From NCBI RefSeq assembly GCF_041146345.1, contig NW_027191402.1, forward strand, positions 124,001 through 188,000: 64,000 nucleotides of DNA, given 5' to 3'. The stretch comes from Neodothiora populina. Its lineage: Eukaryota. The notes beneath the pieces were generated by a model. That model ran no database searches and had not been told where the DNA came from. It saw nothing but the letters and a program-made list of their open reading frames with translations. Positions 1 to 12,448 of the stretch are shown piece after piece (positions within the stretch are counted from its first letter, which is position 1; every line of letters begins with the position of its first letter). The position numbers were made by a program, and so were the translations under genes.

Positions 1-1454
1 ACGCTCACCCTCGGCGTCGAAGTCATCGATGTCGGCCTTCTCTTCCTCGGTGATGGGGTCGAGTCCCGGGTGAGTGTTGAACAAGTTGGCGACGAAAGCA
101 AGGTTCAGCTTGGGGTTTCCGGCGACGAGCGAAGTGGGAGTGAGGAACTTGCGGCAGTCGAGCTTGTCGGCGTTGGTGAGGACCTGCTCTGCGCGCTGGA
201 GGAGGTCGTGGGTCTGCAGAGGGGCGCGAGAGCAGATGTCGGGCTTGAGCTGGTTCAGAAGAACAGTGTAGTTTTCGCCATCCTTGACGTCGCTCGAGAA
301 GTTGCTGACACTGCATCGGGCAAACGAAGGTCAGCTTATAGCGCTTGAAAGGGAAAGAATGGAAAGAAAAGCAGTGAAACGCACGTTCTGTGCCACTTGG
401 CATTCTTCAAGTGGTAGTTGAACCAGCGCAGCAAGATCTGCTCCGGGGGAAGACGAAGGAATTGCTCGAGCGTCTCATCTTCGTCGAGCAATCTGTACAG
501 CTCGGGATGTAACTTGATGTCAATCTTGCCGAGCAGACCTCTTCGGATGACCTGCCAGATGAGACCCAAGATCAAGTGCTCCCTGCCCTCCATGATATCG
601 CCACTGCCAATGTTCACGACAGAGCAGCCGATGCCCTTGGCGGACTCAATGACGATGTTGTTGTTCTCGGTTTTGTGGAAGTTGTTGAGCGTCTTGATCT
701 TCTTGCCGGGCCTGTTCATGACACGCTCGTCAATGGTGTCCGGCACACTGTCGTTGATGAGCTTGGCGAGAACGAGACCGTCCTTGCACTCGTCGAACAT
801 CTCGAAGGTGTCAAGAGGGAAGGGGAGCTTGTGGCCAATGTCTGGGTCGCCGGCGAGGACACCATTGATGTGTCTTGTGAACTCGGTGCGCTCATCTTCG
901 TTGATGGTGTGTTGAGAGCTGGAAGTGGCACCGCCGACGTGGATCTGACCACCGCCGTGGCTCGCTCTGGAAACGTGTTTGGCCCCACCAGCTCCGGTGG
1001 CCTGCTTAGGGATGGACGCCGTGGGTGCGGCCTGGGCGGCCTGAGAGCCTCCACGGACTTTGGCGATGAGCTGGTCGTTGTGTCAGCCACTATGTTTCCT
1101 TGGTTTGTTCTGCTCGTTATCCAGTTCGGAACATACATCAACATAATCGTCCAATTCCACGCGCCTGGAGCTGTCCAGCTCGACCTCCTTCAGCGCCGAT
1201 CGCACGACATCATAAGGCTTTCCCTCGGATGACTGCGTGGCCTTGAGGACGGTCGCCTCATCTAGGTATCCACGGTCTTCCACATCCAACTTGCGAAAAG
1301 CGTCGGCCAGAGAGAAGATTTCGTTTTGCGCAAACTGCGGGTACTTTCTGTTTGTGGGTCAGTGATTCCATTCGCATTATCTACATGGATACAGTTGTCG
1401 GACGATGAATTTCACGAGATGCCCGACTTACTTTTGTAGCTTCAAGACATTCAT
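1..1454 (-). CDS. SAC6: Fimbrin (actin-bundling protein, EF-hand + calponin-homology domains); 3' part runs off the window
   Basis: Spliced model: exons 1454-1432 (MNVLKLQK), 1347-1137, 1070-385, 310-<1, with GT..AG introns. CH-domain text FDECKDGLVLAKLINDSVPDTIDERV and HLILGLIWQVIRRGLL is typical of fimbrins. Confidence 0.96.
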
Positions 1455-2596
1455 GATGATGACTTTTGTATCGCCTTGTCAAGACGTGGGTGATGGTGTG
1501 TTGTGTATGAGGGAAGTATACGTGGGAGGAGGCAGGAGCAGATCAGTGAGATACAGCAAGTGCCCGAGCGAACAGGGCAGGAGCAGTCGTCTATCAACAC
1601 GCGCGTGTTTCTTCCTGAAACCGTGGAAATCAAGATTTGGAGTAGATTGAGCAGTAGCGACAAGAATGCGAAAGATTTCGACTGTATATGATTGCCTGCT
1701 TGCTAGACAGTCAGGGATCCTGTCAACCTAAATGTAATGTTACCTGTTGCTGCCCTTTCCCTCATCTCACACTCTCTCGCCCGCGCCCGCAATCCGCAGC
1801 CCGCGCTGCCCCGAGCTTCCCATTCGCTCTGCTGTTGCGTCCCCTCACTCCCCTCCAAATGACGTTTTCTCGAGCGTGAACGCGACCTGATTGCTCTTGG
1901 CAAAACCGAAGGCCACCTGCTCCAGGTACTTTGCTGTCGCCTTTGTGCTCACTGAAGGTTAGGTACCTACATGTCGATTACTGAATTGCTGTGCAATCAT
2001 GCTGGTTTTCTATCCTGTGGCTCCAATTCCGGCAGAACACAACAAGGTACCAGAACCTTATGGTTCCTGCGCCTCATTCTCACTCGTCATCTCTTTCTTT
2101 CACTTTCCCTCGCCTCACGCCTCTGCCTTGCCGAGTCCGCTCGCCTCCGGATCTACTGGTACTGTTCGACTTTCGTGACATGTATAACGTGCCTATCTGC
2201 CATTGTTTTCTGACGGAACATGCGTACTGCATTGGTATTATCAGTGATGCCTGATTATTGTCTCTTATGTGCTGTCTGCTTTGTTCCACCCGTATAAGGT
2301 AGGCTGGCCTGACCTCAGAAAGAAAGTCGGAGCCTTGAAAGCTTACGTCGGCTTCTTGTTTACGCGTACCACTCTTCAGGCAGCGTCTTTTTAGCTTTCT
2401 TGATCATATAGTAGGAGGGGAATTAACGGGGTTTTGTGTGCGAGTATTGTCATCGAGAATATCTACTCGATGACAGGATATAAATTCCCATGTAGCTGAA
2501 AATAACAAGTCTTGTTGCGATCTTGCCGTGTCAAATCTATAGTGCGCGAAAGCGAAGAACGCAGAGCCTCGATGAGGAGCAAAAGAACAAGAGAAT

Positions 2597-4794
2597 CTAG
2601 ATGAGAAGGTAAAAACTCGTCAAAACACTCGGTCCCACAAACAGCCCGATCCAGAATATCACGTTGCCCAGCAAGTCTCTGCCCTTGAGCAGCTTCGTCC
2701 TGCTGAGACTCACGAGCGGCATCTGGAGCAGCTGCATCGTGAAGAGATAGCCCCTTACTTTGTGGAACATGCATGCCATCAGCAGCTCGTGCACAAGAGC
2801 GGACAGCAGGAAAGTGACAAATGTCGCCGACGACTTGGACAGGTGGAAAGTCGAGATGGAAGAGTGGTAGACGTGGCGCAGGAGGAAGTTATGCACCGGA
2901 CGGTTCCAGTCGCGTGCATATTGGTCCCACGATGTGCTGTTCCACCAGTCACCGTAGAAACCCCGGTCGGCAAAGCGTGTGAGTTCGGCGAGTACGTTCA
3001 GGACGCATTCCTGTCGCTCAGAGTCAGCATTTCTTTTCGATTGCATCGTTCCTGGTCACTTACCCAGATGAGATACCACGTCAACAGTTGCTCCAGCAAC
3101 AGTGGAAACGTGAGGTCGCTGATGGTCCACGGCATCTGTTCCCATCGCTCTTGCAGCGACACACCTGCCTCCTTCATGCGTACCGTCTCTGCGACTGGAG
3201 GGTAAATGTACGCCTGCGAGATGACCTGCATGACACCGAGCACGCCGAATGTGGCGACCGTCTTCTCTGCAACATAGGCCCATTTGATCTTGTCCTGTCG
3301 GGGGTACTCTAGTTCGTACACCAGAGTCGGCAGGCAAATGTAATCAGCCAAATTGCCCCACCTCAGATTGTTGGGGTAACTGTTCTCTTTGGACGCAGCC
3401 TTGCCTTGTAGCTCCTTGTCAAGCCCTTCGATCTCATCTAGGATGATGCGCTCAAATGCCTGCATCTGGTCGTGATCCAGAGGGGTTCCGGACTCCATGG
3501 CCGACGAGATGCTTGCAACATCAGAGACCTCGTTGCCGAGGTTGGTTGAAGTTCGCGGTCCCATCGACGGTCTGTGGCCTTTCATCCCGATGCCACCTGG
3601 GAGATTGGGGAGGTCTAGAGCGGTGGAACGGGCGGACTGTGGCCTGAATGACTCTGGACTGTTGGGTGCGGTCTCCATGGTGCGCATGTCCCGAAGTTTG
3701 CTGAGCTTGCTCTTCAGCATGGTCTTTCTCTTGTAAACGCTGGAGAGGTAGCCATTGTAGAAGGCGAAGCTGTGCTGCTTCATAAGGAAGACCAGACAGT
3801 GAAGTACGATGAAGACGGTGTGCGTCCACGGCCATTCGCGATACATGGTCCAACTTATGGCGGCACCAAGATAAAAGGTCTGCCAGATGTTTTGTATGAT
3901 CCACCCTGAGCGCGTCCAACTCAGGTATCCCTTGAGTACAGCTCGTTGCAGCAACAGACAGAAGGCGGTGCTCAGACACATTGCGCCATCGGTGAGTCCT
4001 AATACCATGACATCGTGGCTGAACATGAGCTTCATGATGGCTTGGTCGCCGAGCGGGTTGCCGTATTGCTTCCAGTTGTATGCCGAGACGCGGAGGAAGA
4101 CCAGGACCATGGCCAACCAGAACAAGGTGAAGAAGCCATGAAAGGGAGATTCGGAGCTTAGAGGATTCTGTCGGTCAAAAGTGGTGAACTGTCGGGTGAA
4201 GACGTAATCTCTTATGGTCCTGCTTCGTTTCGACGGGTCCTGCGATGCCTCTTCTCTTTCAAGTCCCTTTCTCAGAATTTCTCGGAGGTCTGGGTCGTCT
4301 GCGGTGAGTATGTATCTGCCCTTCTTGCTCGTCTTTTCCAACTTGATCTGAATGCTCTTGCGTCTGCTGCCCGGTGAGAGGGGACGAGCTTGGGTTTCTG
4401 ATTTGCGGCGGGCATGACCAGGGCCAGCCAAGAGGTCCGGGTGAGGGATATTGGCTTCGCTCTTGGACATGGATCTTGAATGTTCCAGTTCCCCACCGGT
4501 GCTGCCTTGGACGATGGTGTCTGGGTCTAGTTCGAGGTTGTCGTAGTCTTCGATGTCTTCCTCCGATATCAGGGCTGACTCCGAGGATGAGTTGGGGGAG
4601 GACGAGGAAGAAGCAGCGAAGACGGTGGTGGTTCCGACAGGAGCATGGTCGATGCGGGCATCGTCATCGTCATCGTCGCCTGGTCTGAGTGCTGCTGTTC
4701 CGTCACTCGACATGCTTCCGACTAATTCCCGGGCATCAAAGGTGTCATTCTGGGCCAAGGGAGGTCGATGAGGAGAGGAGGAGGCTTCCGTCAT
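2597..4794 (-). CDS. ARE2: Sterol O-acyltransferase (ACAT, MBOAT family)
   Basis: Exons 4794-3064 and 3010-2597 (intron GTAAGT..CAG, 3063-3011). Motifs PTLVYELEYPR, FYGDWWN, WNRPVHNFLLRHVY and catalytic His in SALVHE. ARE1/ARE2 naming is nominal. Confidence 0.94.
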
Positions 4795-6065
4795 GTCAAG
4801 TCTGAGTCTGCACTCTGTGACTGCTTGGCGACGGATTGGTTCGCGGCCGCTTGTGCTGTACGAGGTGGAGAGTGCCCTGTGAGAGTGGAGAGCGGAGAGT
4901 GGGGAGCTGTGTTGTAGCTGTGACGTCTGCTGGTTTAGTTATAGATGATGAACTACCTAAGGTATATGGCTTGAGTCTGACTCAGTAATGCAACGGCGAT
5001 GGATTGCTGTACGGAGGTAGTGTATAAACCCTGATACTCATATCGTCCAACCCAGAGTATCGTTTCTTTTGCAAAGCGGATATTGCGAGCCACAACAGTA
5101 AGCTATATCCGTCGAGATTGCAGCAGACATTAATTTAAATGTGATGAATCAATCAATCTGCAACCTGTCATATTCCCTCTTTTCCCTCTTACCTTTCCTT
5201 CTCACACGTGGCCGACGACTGGGTATGACGTTGCCTTAGTGTTGTCTTTTCCCTTGGAATCCATCCCAGAGCCTCACTTCAGCCGCTTCTTATCTCCGCA
5301 AATCGAATCCGTCTCCTGATCAACTCCTACATGTGTGGATTCCATCGAGATGTGAGATGTGTGAGATGTGTGTGCACACAGATACAGGTATGAAAGAGAG
5401 GAACATCAAATCCCGAGAAGTCTGAAAAGCCTCATGCACCATGCACCATGCACAAGGGTATGGCATACCTACCTTAGATAACCAGATGGCTTCTCCCTTG
5501 TCCAGTGCTACGGAATCTGGCATATGCGGACCGCAATCCATGTTACTTACGACAAGTACTCCTCGTACGCCTACCAGGAACCTAAGCTCCTCCTTATCCG
5601 GCTTGGCTCGAGCCCCGTGTGAGAGTGGGCAGCTATGACATAGATGCTGCCACATCTCTTTCCCTGTCTTCTGTCTAAGATGATACAAAGTACAGCCCGC
5701 CCTTGATGCTAGGAATCCATCTCTCACAGGACAATAGAAGTTGTTGTCAAGCTGCACACATGCTTCAGACCCTGTCTCGCAGTCTTCCCGTGCAGAGCCG
5801 CAGCAAGGTAAATTCAGCGGCAATCCAAGGGTCCACTGTGTGGCTCTGAAGCTTTGCAACTGTAACTGGCAAGCACGAAAAGACCAGAAAATGAATCTGG
5901 AAAGAGTGGAGTTCAAGCTTCCAGAAAGGTTAAAGCTCCCGTCTTTCTCCAGCTTTTTCCATGTCATACTCTTTTTTTGGTGTACTTTTCCTCGATATTT
6001 CGAATCAAAGATCAAGCTGTCGTTGTTTGATCTCAAGTACAACTTCAGTACCTGTCATCGCTGCA

Positions 6066-7429
6066 ATGCCTGGCCTCATGACAGACCAAGACACCTCCAT
6101 GCAGGTCGACACCGACACCACCATCGATGAGATTCTCCTGGCCGCTTCCAACCACGACATTGAAACCCTGCGTCAGCTCTTCCGCCAACCCAATGGCTCA
6201 GCAAATGTTCAGGACCCAGAGACTGGCAGCACACCGCTGCACGCCGCCATTGGAGCCTGCGAGCCAGACGAAGAGACTGCAGAGGACCAGAAAGAGATGA
6301 ACGTCGACGAGGCTGCCACACTGAGCACCGCAGCCTTGGAGGAGGAAGACGCTCTCAAGACCGTCAAGTTCTTGATGGAGAACGGCGCCATCTGGAACGA
6401 TCTGGATGACAACAACGAGACTCCTGGATGTTTGGCTCATCGTCTGGGCTTGAAAAAGGTCTATGAAGCTCTGGTCGAAGCTGGAGTCCGCGCTGAGCTC
6501 CTACTCGGCAGGATGGACGAGTTCGAACTGCTCATGGGCGGTGGTGACGATGACGATGAGGACGAGGAAGAGGAGACTGATGCATTCGAGATCATCGAGC
6601 AGCCGGCAGAAGGCCTGGACGAGGCACCTGGGTTGGTCGACGCGGCTGCCATGAGCGTTCCAGAGCTGATTCAGATCGACGCAAACGGCGAGGAGACCAA
6701 GGTTGATGTCAACAGCGAAGACTACCTTGCTTCGCAGCTCACGTTCAAGGGTGACCGCCTGCTCGACGATGACAAGAACGGTGTGATGATGTCCTGGGAG
6801 ACGGACATTATGCAGCAGACGGTAGACGAACTCGTCCCGCAGGAGGGCCTGCGTGTTCTGAACGTTGGCCACGGTATGGCCATCATCGATGGTATCTTCC
6901 AGACCAAGAAGCCTGTTGTACACCACATCATCGAAGCTCATCCCGACGTCCTCCAACGCATGCGGGAGGACGGGTGGCACGAGAAACCTGGTGTCACCGT
7001 CCATGAAGGCAGATGGCAAGACGTCGTGCCTAGACTTGTCGAACAGAACGAAGTCTTTGACGCAATCTACTTTGACACATTCGCCGAGGACTACAAGGCG
7101 CTCAAGGAGTTCTTCGCCGAATATGTCATTGGTCTTTTAGACCCCGAAGGTCGCTTCGGCTTCTTCAATGGACTGGGAGCTGATAGACAAGTGTGCTATG
7201 ACGTCTACAGCAGAGTAAGTTCTATCCCTGCACATCCTCTACATAATTATAAAGAAGCTAAATGTGGGCTCAGGTCGTTGAAATGGACCTCTTCGAGGCT
7301 GGTCTTGACTCGGAATGGAAGGACATCCGAATCCCAGACCTCGAGGAGAAGGGCGAATGGGAGGGTGTGCGTAGGAAGTACTGGGCGCTCGATAACTATC
7401 GCATGCCGACCTGCAAGTTCATCGGATGA
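6066..7429 (+). CDS. RMT2: Protein arginine N-methyltransferase 2 (ankyrin + GAMT-like methyltransferase)
   Basis: Ankyrin-like TPLHAAI/NGAIWNDLD, then VMMSWETDIM, VLNVGHGMAIID and FDAIYFDTF. Intron 7215-7273 (GTAAGT..CAG) gives the C-terminus VVEMDLFEAG...RKYWALDNYRMPTCKFIG*. The start at 6066 (or 6078) is inferred. Confidence 0.93.
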
Positions 7430-7456
7430 GTCATGTTTCTGATGAACACGAATGCC

Positions 7457-8820
7457 TTAGTCAGGACTCTCCGGTCGCTTGCTCTTGCCGCCGTTCATCT
7501 GCCTTCTTGGTTGGGTCCTCGCTTGCCTCCAGCTCGTTATGAGCTGGTTGCTTGCAAGACTTTGCTCGTTCAGTACCTTTTGCGCACTCTCGACTCCGTA
7601 CACGGGAAGGCGCTTCAACCCTTTCTGTTTCATGCTATCCGGCACAAGCTTGGGGTTTAGAAGGCCGATCTGCACGAGTACGCTCGCTTGATCCCAGTAC
7701 AGGCTCTCTTTATCAAGCTTGCCACCCCTCACCGCAGCGACGCACACCATGGCTACTTGCACGAATTTGTTGGTGGGTGGCACATCTGGCAATATCCTGG
7801 TGATTGTCAGCGGCGGCGGATCAAACTCGGAACACCTCACTCACCAATCCATTCTTTGGGTATGACGAAAAGATATGACCATCTCATCCACGACTCGATC
7901 GACGCCGATTGTCCGACTGATGAGCCTCATCTTCATAGGCGGGTTCTGGTTGACAAAGTGGTCTTGATAGAACCGAAAGAGCTCTTTGCGGCCGATACCT
8001 CCTGTCAAAGTAGGCACATGATTGACGCAAGGTTCTTCCACCATGGTCGACAAGGCACGAACAGCGTCTCTTCTTTCAAACTCCGAACCGAGGTATTCAT
8101 CCCATAGAGGCTCTAGATCGACATCAATGCGAAAGGCTTTGCGTATCGTAGCCAGTGTCCGCGACCACGCCAGATTGGCCGAGACACGTTCATACTCGTC
8201 CAAATCACTCTCTGCGAAGCCAACTTCTGTGTCCGGGTAGATATAGTTTCTGTGTGCGCTTCCAAACCCCTGTGTTCCTGCCAGATGGATGAGCAACTCC
8301 ATCTGCTGAGGAAAAGTGACTTTTGGCGCCGGGACCTTTTTTTGTCAATGTCAACATCATTACCACAATTGACCGATAGGACGAGACAAACCGTGGTAGG
8401 ATAATAAGCAATCAGAGCGACCATGTGATGATGCGGTTTGATACAAGCGTCCAGCGCAGCAGTGGCGGCGGACTCGTAGGCGATGAGCGCATAGTGCTCT
8501 CCGATCTCGAGGTCGTCCCCGATGTGCATGAGTTGATTCTTGAATACTTTGAGGTCGCCGTCAAAGGGCAGGTACTGCACGTCGAAGCCTTCGGACTTCC
8601 ATTGCTGGATCGTGAAGGGGTCGAAGTCGGGGTCTTCTGACGTGAGGTATATCCGGGGTGGTTTGCTAGTTGTTTTCGTTAGTCACTTGCTGCGGCGATG
8701 AATATTATTCTGTCGCTACTAGAATGCCATTGATATAAGATAGAAGAGGGGTTTGTTTTACCTGTTGAATTTGAGAAATCCTCCACCAGTATTACCAGCT
8801 TGTCTGGCCGAAGCAGACAT
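7457..8820 (-). CDS. Dienelactone-hydrolase-like N-terminus fused to a SnoaL/NTF2-like domain
   Basis: Exons 8820-8762, 8665-8392, 8335-7845, 7796-7457, all introns GT..AG. Motifs ALIAYYP, ANLAWSRTL, TMVEEPCVNHVPTLTGGIG, SRTIGVDRVVDEM and ESLYWDQASVLVQIGLL. Confidence 0.85.
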
Positions 8821-9882
8821 GACGAAAAGCTATATGTTATTTGTTACTATCTATGAATCCCAGATATAAGCCTCCAACTTGACGGATGTCGAGGTGTCCG
8901 TGGCGCAAAACAGTATGATAACGCAGCCTGTGAATAACAGTAGAGAACAACAGCCTATTTCACAGATCGTGGCGCGCAAGTTCTAGCAGTTTGAAGATCC
9001 GAAAGGTGTGGCTGGAGACTGGATAGACTAGCGATACCTATGAAACAGCAGGTGAGCAGCATATGATCATGCCTTGATCGAACCCTTGTCCCACACGATA
9101 TTCCTACTTGCTTTACTCGGTGGAGTGTGCGACGAAAGCAGGTCTCTGTACGAAGCATGTGAGGGGGTTGCGTCATACATGATCAAAAAATATCAAGGGT
9201 CACGAAGTACATTAATATCAGATACTAATTACATCCTCCGTAATTGCGATACCTAGGTTCACTTGATATCTGAGCAACAGGGATTTCGAACGCCTATAGA
9301 GCTTTAGATTGTGTACCATCGCAGTTTAGATGCCACAGTAGGCTTCTGTCAAACATAGAGTTTCTCTTCCTGTGCTATGACATCCCAATCAAAAGTCAGG
9401 TACCTAAGGTAATTACAGTACATCTGCGGCAAGCCCAAGACAACGTAGACGAACGGGAAGAAGAAGCGGGAAAGAAGGCGGGGTTCTTTCCCGCGGCGGC
9501 GGTGCACGGGGCATCAGCATGTGTTGCATGTGCGTCGCTTTGCGCCATGACGAAAACCTGCCGTAACGGAGTGAAGAGATAAAGTAGAAAGGTGATTTTC
9601 ATTATCTCTACTGCTGTGTGGGAAAAACAGGCGATCAGGCGACGAGGAGGGCATATATCTGTACTCTTGAGTGCTTGAGCAAGCTGCTCTGTTGCTTTCA
9701 TTATCTGTCACACGCATCTCAGTTGAGCGGCATCGAAAGAGGAAAAAACATGGTAGAGAGACAGAAGAATAGATATATGATTCATTAAAGACAATCTTCA
9801 TCATAGGTCGCAAACACAAGCAGCATCGCCAGTCTGGCGTACCTAATAACACCCCAAGAGGAAAGACTGGCAAAGACAAGAA

Positions 9883-9910
9883 CAGAAACAGAAACAGAAA
9901 CAGAAACAGA
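9883..9910 (+). repeat. (ACAGAA)n hexanucleotide microsatellite in the sirtuin 5' leader
   Basis: acagaaacagaaacagaaacagaaacagag ends about 10 nt upstream of the ATG at 9920. Confidence 0.85.
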
Positions 9911-9919
9911 GCAGCAAGG

Positions 9920-11143
9920 ATGGGTCAAGAATCATCTGCCCCAATAGATGAACGGACACCTACCAAAACTCTGGAGAGCAGGACTCTGGCTGGACTGGCC
10001 AAACACATCAAGAATGGAAAAGTCAAGAAGATTGTAGTCATGACGGGTGCAGGAATCTCCACCAGCGCGGGTATCCCGGACTTTCGATCTCCCAAAACGG
10101 GACTTTATGCCAATCTCGCCCGTCTCAATCTTCCATATGCCGAGGCCGTCTTCGACATTTCTTACTTTCGCACGAATCCCTTGCCCTTTTATACTCTTGC
10201 TCATGAGCTGTACCCTGGTCGCTACAGACCCACCGTCACTCACTCGTTCATCCGTCTGCTTCACGAGAAGGGTCTTTTGTTGAAATGCTTCAGCCAGAAC
10301 ATCGATTGTCTGGAGCGAGAGGCTGGAGTACCCGACGACAAGATGATAGAGGCACACGGCAGTTTCGCACGCCAAAGCTGTATTGAGTGCAAAGCTCCTT
10401 ACCCAGAAGATGAGATCAGGCAACACATAGACGAGAAGAAGATCCCGCACTGCCACGAGTGCGACGGCCTCGTCAAGCCCGAGATTGTCTTTTTCGGAGA
10501 ACAATTACCCCAAGCTTTCCACGACAACATCGATCTCCCTGCTGAAGCAGACTTGGCTATTGTCATGGGCACCAGTCTGACTGTACAGCCTTTTGCCAGT
10601 CTGCCTTCGGCCTGCAGAGAGGGCACTCCGAGACTTCTGGTTAATATGGAACGAGTCGGTGGGCTCGGCGGTCGCTCAGACGATGTACTGCTTCTCGACG
10701 AATGCGACAAAGGTGTGCGCGCCCTATGCAAAGAACTCGGGTGGGAGGACGAACTAGAAGAGCTGTGGGAGCGCACGGATCCAGGCTACGCCGGACTCGA
10801 CGAAGCAGGAAGAACGAAAGTCAAGCAAGCAAGGAAAGAAGCCGCGCGACTCGAAGCTCTGAAATCGAAGGACGAGAGACTCGCCGACGAAGTCGAGAAA
10901 CTGACGCGCGAAATCGACGAGACCTTGTCGTTTTCCAAGTCTCACGAGTCGAGAGTCAGATCCGAGCATTTACAGGACAAAATCGAGCGTGAAGTCCACG
11001 GTGTGGATGAGCATGGCGAGACGGACGCGAACACTATGAGATATAGCTCTTCGTCGTCGTCTCTCGAGTCGGCACATGCTTCGTTGGCTCATGTGTTTCC
11101 GCATCTGAAGAAGAACAAGACTGACGAAAAGTCGAACCTGTGA
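9920..11143 (+). CDS. HST2: NAD-dependent protein deacetylase, class I sirtuin (Hst2/SIRT2-like)
   Basis: Single-exon ORF with GAGISTSAGIPDFRS, QNIDCLE, AHGSF, Zn-ribbon CIEC/CHEC, VKPEIVFFGE and GTSLTVQPFASL. Confidence 0.95.
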   Translation: MGQESSAPIDERTPTKTLESRTLAGLAKHIKNGKVKKIVVMTGAGISTSAGIPDFRSPKTGLYANLARLNLPYAEAVFDISYFRTNPLPFYTLAHELYPGRYRPTVTHSFIRLLHEKGLLLKCFSQNIDCLEREAGVPDDKMIEAHGSFARQSCIECKAPYPEDEIRQHIDEKKIPHCHECDGLVKPEIVFFGEQLPQAFHDNIDLPAEADLAIVMGTSLTVQPFASLPSACREGTPRLLVNMERVGGLGGRSDDVLLLDECDKGVRALCKELGWEDELEELWERTDPGYAGLDEAGRTKVKQARKEAARLEALKSKDERLADEVEKLTREIDETLSFSKSHESRVRSEHLQDKIEREVHGVDEHGETDANTMRYSSSSSSLESAHASLAHVFPHLKKNKTDEKSNL

Positions 11144-12448
11144 AATGGTCCATGTGGACATGAAAAGACCATGTTTTTCTTCATCCCATGATCAGTCACA
11201 CAGTGCGCCCTGTACTCCTGTGACGACGAGCTTCTCCCCACCCATGGATCAGCTACAACTACGACGCAAGTGCCTCACCCAACCCTCCCGACCAGCATTT
11301 CCCCCCTCTACCGCTCGATTACACATATACATGCGCCAAAATAAGTCAAATCCGCCCATCAGCATGTCAAAAGCTTTAGGGGAAACCCCAACGAAGCAAA
11401 GCAAAACAGGCATGCTCAGAACCAACTAGGGACAAGAAGCGATAACCCTCACAGACCGCAACACGACAGGGGGTTCGGTCCCCAGACCATTACTCTCCAG
11501 CGCTGCTTCGCTCGGCAGCCCTCCATGGACCACACTGGAGAAGCACCGCGGGATGGCAAGCAATAGACCCTTTGTGTCCAGCTCTTGTTTCTCTTGAGAG
11601 GTGCATGAAGCAGCAGGGCTAGATGGTGCACTCTTACACTCTGACTTGTGGAGCATGATATGCCTCCGCCGTCCCTGTTCTCGCAATTCATGGGGAGAAG
11701 GTCGTTGGAAGGGAAGATGCAGACAGGGAAAAACATCCACGAAGACTGTGACAGACTTGACCATGACAGATTTGACTAGATGGAGAAGGAGGGGTTGGCT
11801 GCTACATTACGGTCAAAAGTGCCAGGGCAAGGACTAATAATGAAAGGGGATGGCGAGAAAGGAAACGAAAGGCAGGCGAGGGAAGCAAGCAAGAAAGTCG
11901 CTTCGAGCGAGTAGATTTCAGAGGGAACTCAGGATCTTCCTGTTGCTTTCACTCTCGGCGGCAGTAAACGCATAGTCAGAAGCAGTCGTCTCTCTGAACT
12001 TACATGCATTCATCACAATTCATTCATCCAAATCATCTTGAAACATTCATTACAAGGCCATGATCTTCGTGAATACAGGAAAGATATAAACAAGTATATA
12101 TGTATAATCGAATGAAACCAAAGACAGAAAATACAAGGCGCAGGGGGGTATCTATTTAGAATACAAACAAATTCTCGCTCGCTCGCTTGCTCTTTTTTCC
12201 AGCTCTCTCTCGCTTTCCCTTCTCTCTCTCTTTGCTATTTTGTTCTCGCTATTGTCGTGAATTAAATTACTTCAGTGTCTTACGTCCATGGCAGGGGGCC
12301 GAGTTTGTAGCCTTTGTCTTCGTCTGTTTCCTTTTCATTGTTCATCATCCTCCATCCTTCTGTCATCCAGGCAGTAGGCGCAAGCCTCCAGGCGGCCGTG
12401 ATATTTCGTGCTGTATCATCGTATCTGCGAATCATGTCTGGTAACCCT

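Noticed and set aside
5320..6042. 240-codon minus-strand ORF upstream of RMT2
   Set aside because: Non-ATG start, no domain resemblance, and it lies over the divergent promoter region.
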